Positions 1 through 9,400 of a stretch of DNA of 45,495 nt are shown piece by piece. The DNA is taken from NCBI GenBank assembly GCA_026025075.1, contig JAPEUI010000060.1:62001-107495 (forward strand), written 5' to 3'. Below the pieces are notes generated by a model. The model saw nothing but the letters and a program-made list of their open reading frames with translations, ran no database searches and was not told the origin of the DNA. This DNA comes from Vezdaea acicularis. Taxonomy: Eukaryota. Each line of letters begins with the position of its first letter. Positions within the stretch are counted from its first letter, which is position 1. The position numbers were made by a program, and so were the translations under genes.

Positions 1-534
1 TACATCAGCTCCTTCTCCTGGCTCAAAGCCCCCTTCCTCTAAATCCGTTTGATTTGTAGGTTCTATTTTCTCTGCAAGCTGAAGTCGAAGATGATGGGCT
101 GAGAAGTCGTTCAGGTCATCCAAAGCATGTTGAGTAGTTCGCAGCAAGTTCTTCGCCTCCTGTGCGTGCAGTGACTTTGCTTCGACCGAGATTTGGAGTG
201 GAAAGACAGGACGACAGATCTGCCTTAAGGTTAAATTAAGAGGCCAACATGAATTCATGATGAGCCTTACCTTCCCATCCGCCCACTCTCCCATACCTGC
301 GAGCGGCAGCTGGGCTCGATATATGGTCGTTGTTTTCCACCATATTGGCAGGCCGAAGAGTATGACAATGGCCCAAAACGAAGAGATCACCAGTGTTCGG
401 ATACGAATCCCTTCAGGGGTTTCAGGAGGGGGCTTCTTTTTTACGTATGTAAAGTTCTTGCCTGTGCTATGTGGAGAGCCGCTTCTCGCGACAGATTTGG
501 CCTTGATCCCATTGCCACCAGGTATTTCAGACAT
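1..534 (-). CDS. GPI17: GPI transamidase subunit PIG-S/Gpi17, 5' part (runs off the window's left edge); exons 534-271, 219-<1
   Basis: Not in the ORF track. Manual translation from ATG at 534 gives ...KKPPPETPEGIRIRTLVISSFWAIVILFGLPIWWKTTTIYRAQLPLAGMGEWADGK, then a phase-0 intron 270-220 (GTAAGG..CAG), then ICRPVFPLQISVEAK...TTQHALDDLNDFSAHHLRLQL. The TM helix + GLPIWWKTT..YRA.LP motif is the PIG-S N-terminus. Confidence 0.92.
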   Translation of the reverse strand, partial: MSEIPGGNGIKAKSVARSGSPHSTGKNFTYVKKKPPPETPEGIRIRTLVISSFWAIVILFGLPIWWKTTTIYRAQLPLAGMGEWADGKVRLIMNSCWPLNLTLRQICRPVFPLQISVEAKSLHAQEAKNLLRTTQHALDDLNDFSAHHLRLQLAEKIEPTNQTDLEEGGFEPGEGADV

Positions 535-1075
535 TGGGACTTGGGCCTGTAAGTCCAGGGTTCGTCTAAGAAACGTATGTGATCGCGCGACGTGACCCCG
601 GAATTTGGTGACGTCCGCGTCGGCTGTTTCGGCGGTGCCCTCCTTGGCGCTTGTCACCAGTCGCCTCTCATTCGTCTCAAGCACATATACCAGCTAAACA
701 CGGCGGGTCTGTGCTTACGTTGCTTACTACACTTCTAATTTAGAAATGGGGATAAACGTGAGAAACTTCTTGCACATCATCAGTGATCACTTGAATCCGC
801 TGATCTTCAATAGAGCCGTATTCCCATTCTTACAGGTTTTTATCAAGGGAACGGGTCACATTTGAAGCGCGATTCACTGAGACCCCAACCATAGATTCTG
901 AACCCTATATTACGCGGCTTGAATAACCAGACCGTCTTCATCACATCTTTCATTTCATCTCAGCCAGTTCATCAATAGGCTCAAATTCCCTTTGCCCTCT
1001 CTCCGCTGTGATCCCATCAAAGAGCACGAAAGATACTACCAGACGCTTTCGGTAAGTGCGCACGCGACCCAAAAG

Positions 1076-2438
1076 ATGAATCGATTCAGCAATCTGGAAC
1101 AGCGGCTACCGTTCGAAAACAAGCGCCTTGCAACAAAGATTCTCATATCTTATATCCTCGACTATGCCATAGTCATTCTATTCATCATCGGTTTTCTTGT
1201 TCTCGACAAAGTTGAGCCTTTCCACCAACACTTCTCCCTACGGAATTATACCCTCCAGTATCCCTACAAGGCCAAAGACACGATATCGATTGATCTTGCT
1301 GCTTTCTTAGCTGTCGTAGTACCTGCAATCATCATAGCCATCTTTGCACTAGTCATCGATGGCCTCTTTTCGCATAAGAAGCCTTCAGCTGAACCGCAAG
1401 GCCGAAGCCGTATCTTCACTAGAAGGTATACCTGGAAAAGTCGCGTTTGGGAACTGAATGCTGGTATACTCGGACTCTTGCTATCAACGTCGTTGACATT
1501 TGCGATCACGAACGCTATGAAGAATGCCACAGGAAAGCCACGTCCGGACTTCGTTGCTAGGTGTCTACCCGTGGCTGGCGCAGCCGATGCTCTAGTTTTC
1601 GGTCTATCAAATAGCACCATCTGCACACAAACGGATCATGCTATTCTAAAAGATGGATTTAGGTCCTTCCCAAGCGGTCATAGTAGTAGTGAGTCTCCCT
1701 CCTTACCATGCTCATGATGAATGTCGCTGAAATCGCAGTTTAGCTTCGTTCGGGGGACTTTTCTTCCTTTCCCTGTATTTAGCAGGCAAGCTTCATATCT
1801 GGGATACCAGAGGTCAAACTTGGAAAGCGTTTGTTGTGGCTATTCCTAGCTTAGGAGCTGCCTTGATCGCCATCAGCCGTATTGAGGACGCTCGACATCA
1901 TCCCTTTGACGTCCTGTTCGGAAGCTTCCTCGGTATAATCATTGCGTGGGGATCCTACAGACAATATTTTCCAGCCCTAAGTGAGCCTTGGAAGAAAGGG
2001 CGTGCCCATCCTCTAAGGACTTGGGCTCAAGAGCCGACGAATCCTGCAGATGGAATTGGAAAAGAGCCAATGAGACCCTCAGGCACAAGTCCAACTGGAC
2101 CAGATGAGGAACAAGGCGATTTAGGTTATACCGCCAATGCTGCGACTGCAACTCGAAGGAAACCAACGCCTGGGACTGAGGACACGACATATTACGGCTC
2201 AAGCAGCCCATATGACACAGGTGTTCGACACCCACGTCCAGAGGGCGACTATGTATCATCATCGTCAGACGGTCACGATCGTTCGTTCGAAATGCAACCG
2301 CAACCTCATGGCCAAAATACTGGTACGTTACCTTATCCTGCAGGGAACTTATCTCACTAATCTCAACTGCTGGCGATAGGACAGACCACCCACGTGTCCC
2401 CTACAGCCCAATCTGAAGCTGTCCGTCCTAGATCGTAA
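1076..2438 (+). CDS. PAP2-family lipid phosphate phosphatase (DPP1/LPP1-like); exons 1076-1688, 1744-2322, 2380-2438
   Basis: All three PAP2 catalytic motifs are present: KNATGKPRPDF, SFPSGHSS, SRIEDARHHPFDV. Intron 1689-1743 (GTGAGT..TAG) joins the two ORFs in frame. A probable second intron 2323-2379 (GTACGT..CTAAT..TAG) moves the stop from 2360 to 2438. Confidence 0.9.
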
Positions 2439-3360
2439 TGAGATGATTTGCGTTTAGTTGGAAGGCATAAAGAAGAATCCGTAGCCCCGGCCTGTACACA
2501 CAAGCCTTATCATGGTCGTGTAAGTATGCATATCGAGAGCACGGGGGTGGCATTGATGGTGTTGGGCCTCCACCAGGGTAAACCGCATTAGCATTGTAGC
2601 ATAAGAGCACACAGGGCGGGGTGGCACTTTGCAGCTATGGGTTTTTGCGACGTGTATATACTCTTCTATTGTATTAATAGCAGATTGATCATCTGTGAAT
2701 CGTACAAACACGCTTCCGTTGAGACGTGAAGAAGAGCTCGGCCAAAATCTTGATTGTCGCCAATCGCCTCGCATAAAGCTGCTTCGTTTTGGCCGGCCCA
2801 GCCACGCGAATTGTGCTACCTCACTACCGTGGCCCCCGCCAATTACCTCCCGGCGAACCCGCACACGCCAACCACCTCGAATCCCGCGGCTGTTCGTTCC
2901 CTCTTCAAGGCAAGTCCTGTCGCATTCCTTCATTCCTGCTTCTGTATCCTCGTCGTCATCTGGCATCTGGCATCAACCTTCTCGTTGCGCTCTTAACTTA
3001 CATTGCGACAGGACCCTACGGTCATCAACTTCCTCCGCGCAGAACATTCCTTACTCGAAGCGTGTGACCACCAATATCGAGAAGTCGTCATATCGCGTTG
3101 GCCAGCCTTACGCTGTGGGGCTTTTATCGCTTCAGTCAGCATCCGTTAGCTTTTTGAATCCAGCGACAGCTCAATCTCGAGCTCTACGGGATCGTGCTTC
3201 AATCATCGGGCCATCGGTCTTCTTAACTCACCTGCGCCAATCTCACACGCATTGAGCATTGCAGCGTTAACTAGCGCAAAGCATCACGACATCAACCAAG
3301 CTCTAAGAGCATAGGCACGACCTCCTACCCCCCCATCACAGAACCCTCACCAACGCGACG

Positions 3361-3936
3361 ATGTTCGCCGGCGTATTCTTCGCCTTCTGGCGCACCCTCC
3401 AGATCCTCACCCTTATCCCCACCCTCGGCATCCTCGCCTACTTCGTCCACGGTTTTACCAAAGCCAACGAGCTCACCCCAGGCCAAATCCTAACCCTCTT
3501 CATCGTCTCCGTCCTCGCCGCCGTCTGGGCCATCTGCACGCTCTTCGCATACAACAAGACCCGCCACAACGCCTTCTTCGTCGGCTTCATCGACCTGTGC
3601 TTCATCGGCGCCTTCATCGCCGGAACCTACGAGCTCCGCGACGCCAGCAATAATGACTGCGCCGGCATCAACTTTGGGCCCTTTGGAAATGCGGTGCAGG
3701 GATATACCTTTGCAGGCGTGACCGTGGACGTGCAGAAGCATTGCAGTATGCTCAAGGCCTGCTTCGCCTTCGGCATCATGAACTGCATCTTCTTCTTCGC
3801 AACGTTCATCCTCGCCTTCTTCTATCGTAGACCTAATGAAGATGTGGTCGTGAGGGAGACACATGTGCGCAAGAGTGGAAGCAGGCGGAGGAGCGGAAGC
3901 GGGAGTCATAGGGGGCATCGGAGGCAGTACTACTGA
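3361..3936 (+). CDS. Four-TM MARVEL-like integral membrane protein, 191 aa, single exon
   Basis: Four hydrophobic segments, a Cys pair in the second outer loop (NDC...KHC), ACFAFGIMN motif, basic Ser/Arg tail, strong C-ending codon bias. Confidence 0.8.
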   Translation: MFAGVFFAFWRTLQILTLIPTLGILAYFVHGFTKANELTPGQILTLFIVSVLAAVWAICTLFAYNKTRHNAFFVGFIDLCFIGAFIAGTYELRDASNNDCAGINFGPFGNAVQGYTFAGVTVDVQKHCSMLKACFAFGIMNCIFFFATFILAFFYRRPNEDVVVRETHVRKSGSRRRSGSGSHRGHRRQYY

Positions 3937-4423
3937 GGGGTTTGACGGGTTGAAGGGTTTGAAGGCGCATTCAGGATAAGGGAATAAGGAATGGGGGCGT
4001 GTGAATCCAGTTACCTATGCAGAGGGCTGATGAGGTGCTGGCTACAGCTTTGATCGTCTTTCTTTGCAAGTCATCGCGCAACGAGGTCATGGAAGGACAG
4101 CGGTAGCATCTACGATCTTAGGACTTTTCTTTGGACGCTTCTTCTCTGCATTGTCGATAGTCCTCTTGTTTTAGAAGTCCCCAGAGTAGTTTTTGCGAAG
4201 GTTTTGCAATGTTTAGATTCCTTGCTAAACGAGATTTCAAGTTCCCTTTGTGATGAAAGTGCTATCCCAAGTAGATGCCCAATTATCAAGTGTAATCAAG
4301 CTGAATTTACTAGCCACCAAAGTAACGGAAGAAAATAAGATAGGAGAGCTTCAAAGGTAACACATTTAGAAGGAAAAAAGCGGTGGTCCTTAATTCTCTC
4401 AAGAATGAGGACAAAAACGTAGA

Positions 4424-4495
4424 TTCCGAATCCGGGAATCGAACCCGGGTCTCGCGAGTGAGAGTCGCGGATGATAACCCCTACACCAATTCGGA
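4424..4495 (-). tRNA. tRNA-Glu(CTC), intronless, 72 nt
   Basis: Reverse complement TCCGAATTGGTGTAGGGGTTATCATCCGCGACTCTCACTCGCGAGACCCGGGTTCGATTCCCGGATTCGGAA: 7-bp acceptor stem TCCGAAT/ATTCGGA, anticodon arm CGCGA-CT-CTC-AC-TCGCG, T-arm CCGGG-TTCGATT-CCCGG; a T5 Pol III terminator follows at about 4417-4413. Confidence 0.97.
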
Positions 4496-4823
4496 TGATC
4501 TGATGACAACTGACCTCAAATTAACAATATAAACAAAATCTAATAAATACTGGGAATTTGTGCGTATTCTTCCATCCCTTAACGATGTGGTTGACGATGC
4601 ATCTTTTGACAGTTCGAGTCATTCCAAAGTTGGCACGGCTCTTCAGGCATGCACTATGCAGTGCATGACCGTGATCCGCATTGCCAGGTCCCGCAGCTAG
4701 AGGATGACATTCGCCCCAAAGCCACAGTGGTGTAGAGACATCTGGGTGTAGTTTATGTCAACGCTCCAGGTGTGCCATGATCAAGGTATCAAGCAGGCTT
4801 CAAAAAAATGAGACGCGATGATA

Positions 4824-5739
4824 TCAATTGCCTTTATATCTACCCCATTTTTCTTTTACATAACGGTAATACTTGGTCAGGTCCGCCGTATTCTGTGGCT
4901 TCAACGGAGTCTGTCTCTCGTACTCCTTCTTCAGGAGACGCCCTTCGGTTACATGCTTCATGATCGAGTCGTCGAAAGACTTCACCCAAGCCTTCCATTT
5001 CTCGGCATTGCCTTCCTCCTTCCTCCACCTCTGGACGGTCCTCAAGTCGTCCACGCTCACGCCCGTCTTCGCCAGTTTTCCGGAGATGATGTATCCGCCT
5101 GCTTGGACCAGTGCGAAGAGAGTCACCGTTCGGTGGACACCGATGGTGTTGGCCGCTTCTATCACTGCCTCGTTCTGGAGTAGGGGGAGATCGCACTTGG
5201 TGAACCATGTCGGTTTGGCGATCTCGTAGAGGGTGCCGGGTGGCTCGCGGGCTTGCCGTAGCGAATAGCTCGGTATCATGAAGGGCTTCCACGGCAATAA
5301 GGCCATGGTCAGGTCATAGACGTTTTTGATATTGGTACGTGCGAGAATGTCGGCCAACGGCTGCTTGGGTCTTGGATCGAGGGATTTTCGCTTTACGGTT
5401 GCTCGGGTCATGGTTGTGAAGACTTCTGTCAGCTGCGGTCCTGTAAGCGTCTCTTCAAAATGTTGCGCTCTATATGAAGCAGATGGAGTCTGGACTCACG
5501 TAAGTATCATCCCAAGGAACGGGCTTCTTGCGTCGGACAGTCCCGTCCTCCGTTTCCTCGTAGCCATCCTGATATGCCTCGTCAAGCGGGCGAGGGTCGC
5601 GATCTAGCACCTTTTTGACGGCATTCACAGTGTGTTTGTACCTCCATCTTGTGAGCTGTGATAGTTGCGGTTTGATGCGGCTCCCCGGCGGCATCCTGCT
5701 ATAACATCCAAGTAGCTGGGTCACAACATTTCTTCTCAT
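4824..5739 (-). CDS. Hypothetical 282-aa protein, probable mitochondrial presequence; exons 5739-5500, 5432-4824
   Basis: Two ORFs are joined in frame by a 67-nt phase-0 intron 5499-5433 (GTGAGT..CTTAC..CAG). The first ~45 aa are Arg-rich and have no acidic residues. No family recognised. Confidence 0.6.
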
Positions 5740-6492
5740 CAGAGCGCATCAGGCTAACGCGCTCCCTTAGTGCGAAGTTTATTTGAGCTTGGCAGAGCCC
5801 CCTCCCCTTAGATTAGCAGTCTCACTTGGAGAAGTCGAGATCCCCTATCCTGTGGCACTTGCGATGTTCGGTGCTTCAGACATTCTGTAGCACGAGAATG
5901 CGCGTGCATTGATGCAAGGCGCATCTGAGCTCGACTCGCTAACCCCTTAGATAATCACCCCCAGCACAGCCATGCGCCGGTCGCATCGAGAAGTCTCCCA
6001 AGGTCTGCGACGTATGTGGAATTGCATCCTAATGCTACACAAGATCTCTAATTGCTCGGACTCGAAATCGCCGCCTCCTTATCGATCAGATTGCCCACGC
6101 CCACCGATGGGGCAGGCCAGCCACCGTCCACAAAGTTTGATTTGACGCTTGGCCCAGCCCTTCATGTCCCCCAGCGGGCGATCGGGAGGGGGGCTCGCGC
6201 TGGGCCATCCGTAGTCGCTACCGCGATAGACTTGCGCTCACGGGCTCAGCACGCTTCTCGCTAACTTCCGCAGCAACTTTTTTTGACGGAGCAGCCTTAA
6301 ATTAGTGGGACCTCCCTATTCTTGCAACGCTGCCCTCATCTTACTCCTCGCTCCTCCTGTGTAACAACTTATCATCACGAGCCTTCCCTTTGTCGCACGT
6401 CCTTTGCGTCTTGACGTCTTCTTCTACATTCGTTTATCCTTTGGAATCTTTTTCGCGCCGAGTCGCTCGTTGCTTTTGAGTACGCCGTCACG

Positions 6493-7769
6493 ATGCTTGG
6501 GCCCGCCCAACGCGTCTCCCCCACTTGGATCGGGGGGGTTCTCTTCTTCACCCTTTGCTTCCTCTTCTTTCACTACAAACAACTCTATCTACCTTCGAGT
6601 CACTCGACTTCAACACAAGGCGGGCAGTCATCCACGGGCAGGAAATATGAATCGAGTCTGTACGAGGTCCCCAAGGGGTACAATTTCGAACCCATCATGA
6701 ACAGGACCTTAGGGGTAAGCATCGGGTGGCGTTCTTTTGCGCCTCGTCACTCCGAATCTAATCATATCCACAGTTCCAAAAGGCTTTCGCTCTGAGCATG
6801 TCATACCGAAGTGACAAGCGCGATCGGCTTGCCCTTATTGGCGCCGCGACGGACTTTGACATTGACTTCCGAGACGGTGTGGTGGGTAGTGAAGTTAGTG
6901 ACAAGGCCTTGCCTCCGGTAAATTCTCTCAGCCAGGTTATTTCGAATATAAGAGCTGACCATCACCGAAGCACTGGGTTAAAGAAGATCACAAGCCGAGC
7001 GAGCTTGGCTGCTGGCGTGGACACACCAACATCTTCCAAGAGTATGTGAAACCGTATCCAAATACTGAGCCTTTTTTAACATCCCCTTAGGATTGTCCAT
7101 GATCGGATTGAGTCCGCCATCATCTTTGAAGATGACGCAAGCTGGGACGCCTCGCTCAAGAAACAAATGACCGCCTTTGCTGCCGGAGCCCGCTGGCTCG
7201 GCAACGAGACCATCAAGTCGCACCCCCACAGTCCATACGGGGATAACTGGGACTTCCTCTGGCTCGGCGCCTGCGGATACGAGACACGCGAATACGACTT
7301 GCGCCGGTTCGTGATGGAGTCTGGCCCAGCCGTCCCCCAACCGCAGCGACGCTTCATGGTTGGCGGATCCCCCGACGTGAGCTTCTATCCCAACGACACG
7401 CGCATCGTGCACACCGTCAAAGAAGCCATCTGCCTCACCGGATACGCCGTCAGCCAGAGAGGCGCGCGACGTATTCTCGCAGGTCTCCAGGACACCAGCA
7501 TCCCAATCGATCTCGAGATGCACCGATTCTGCCGCGACGAGGGTCTGCAATGCGTCGGTGCTTATCCCGTGTTAGTCGGGTCTCATGCGCCCATGGGCCC
7601 CGTCAGCAAGGGCAGCGACATCAATGAGGGCAAATCGGATGATTTCAGGAACGAGGCCGCTACGCAGAATATCGTCTTCGACGTCAGCCTGAATCTCGAC
7701 AAGATCCTCAAGGGGGACCCGGATCTGGATAGTCAGTGGCCCGAGGACCTGGAGCTGTATAACTCGTAA
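6493..7769 (+). CDS. Glycosyltransferase family 25 (type II membrane anchor); exons 6493-6714, 6774-6917, 6971-7041, 7091-7769
   Basis: Spliced product reads NRTLG|FQKAFALSMSYRSDKRD...DGVVGSEVSDKALPP|HW...ELGCWRGHTNIFQE|IVHDRIESAIIFEDDASW...SPYGDNWDFLWLGAC...CLTGYAVSQRGARRIL, the fungal GT25 motif set. Introns 6715-6773, 6918-6970, 7042-7090 all keep frame. Confidence 0.9.
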
Positions 7770-8711
7770 TTTAAGAATACGAGACTTGGGCAGGTTATCA
7801 GCAGGGAAGCTGTGAGGTTGAATTGACGCAAAGAGCAGGGACGAGGTTCTGAGGGGAGGCATGAGATGGGTATGCGTGCGTTAAAAACAAAAGGTTGCAT
7901 GGACTCTCGGATGGCCCGTTCGCATCACTACAATAATAAAGCCACACCTCTCGACGACTCCAATTCTCGACCCTTGCACCCGAGTCAATCGACACATACA
8001 TCCCTATCCTCCAATCCTCGCACCCCCGAACTAGCCATCCGGTAGAATCCAGCCAACGACCAACCGTCCCCCCCCAAAACGGAATGGTCTGCGGGATAAC
8101 AACAACAAATATCCCACTGTAAAAACCCAAACAAGTCCAAACTACCCAGGCGGTAATCATCTTGCATGATAGAGAAAAGGAAGGAGTCAACAATCCGGGT
8201 TTTTTTCATCAGCAGAAAGGGGGCGTTATGTAGGCTATTTGGGTCTGGCTTATTTTTCTCCGCGTTTCTTGGATTTACTACTTCGGTCTTGTGGATTTTA
8301 AGTAGGTAGGACTGGGCAAGGAGGGTTTGATTGCGATGGTGAGGGGGACTAAGATAGATAACTGAGAGGAGTTGTTGTATGCTCGTGTATTGCTGACTCT
8401 GTAACGAGACGGTTTTTTGGTGATGCAGCTTTCCCCCCGTTTAGATGCGTAAGTAAGGCTTTCAGAACATCTAAAACGCCTCAAGAAAATACGTCGCTTC
8501 CCCCTCTCCCTTCTCCCGCCCTTCCCTTCTCCCCCCCTTCCAGCACCACATATCTTCCTCATCTGCCCCTCCTCCCCCACCAACTTCCTCCCAGCTATCT
8601 TCTTTTCCGAGCGGTATCCCATATCCCTCTCCCTATCCATTACAACCTACCTACGCCCATCTCCTAGTTTCGAACGTGCGTCTTCCCGGGCGGAGAGGAA
8701 GAGAGGAGGTG

Positions 8712-8881
8712 GTGTGGTATTTATTGTTTGAAAATCTCGGGGGCGGGGGGAGGGGGGTATGCTGGTGGTTCGGGGATTTGATAGGGGGGGAGGGGGGGGG
8801 GGGGGGAGGGGCTTGTGTGGTATTTATTGTTTGAAAATCTCGGGGGCGGGGGGAGGGGGGTATGCTGGTGGTTCGGGGATT
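8712..8881. repeat. Exact 67-bp direct repeat (8712-8778 and 8815-8881, period 103) with a G7-A-G15-A-G4 spacer
   Basis: GTGTGGTATTTATTGTTTGAAAATCTCGGGGGCGGGGGGAGGGGGGTATGCTGGTGGTTCGGGGATT occurs twice, read base by base. Confidence 0.92.
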
Positions 8882-9400
8882 GATTGATAAGGGGGAAGGG
8901 GGGGTGGGGTTGGTGTGGGTTCGTGTGGGTTTGTGTATCTTACGGGTAGTTATTCCGAAACGAGTTGATTCTCGGTAGTGGAAAGGAGAGGAAAGAGGAG
9001 GGAAAGGAAGAAGGGGAAGAAAAACCCAGCACGCACAAACCAGAGAAAAGAACGGGATAAAGCGCTGCATACATAAACCGATTTCACTCTTGTCTTGCTG
9101 CGATATAACGAACGCCTTTCCGTTCTTTTTGCAGCCACCTCTTATTTGCATTAAGCGTGACTACTACTACATACACGCTTCGACCCCGTCTCTCCCCTCA
9201 TCTTGCCAAGACCTTCCTAACACCCTCCATTTTCCCCCAGATGAACGAACGAAAAAAACACCCGGCTCCCCCACTCCACCCATCAGCATCACCGGTCCGC
9301 CAACGCGGTCCCAGGCCTCCTCTCCGGACTCCGGACGACGTTCCTGCACGCTCATCAGCAAATGAACAGAACCAGCAAGGGGGGTTCTTGGAAAAAAGAC

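Noticed and set aside
257..595. 112-aa plus-strand ORF
   Set aside because: Antisense to GPI17 exon 1, which has clear family motifs.
4648..4667. 8-bp hairpin CATGCACT-ATGC-AGTGCATG near the tRNA
   Set aside because: A short isolated inverted repeat is expected by chance in 45 kb; no target-site duplication or MITE context.
5744..5960. Recurrent GCGCATC / GCTAAC / CCCCTTAGAT words
   Set aside because: Matches are 10 bp or less and not convincingly colinear; not enough to call a repeat or LTR.
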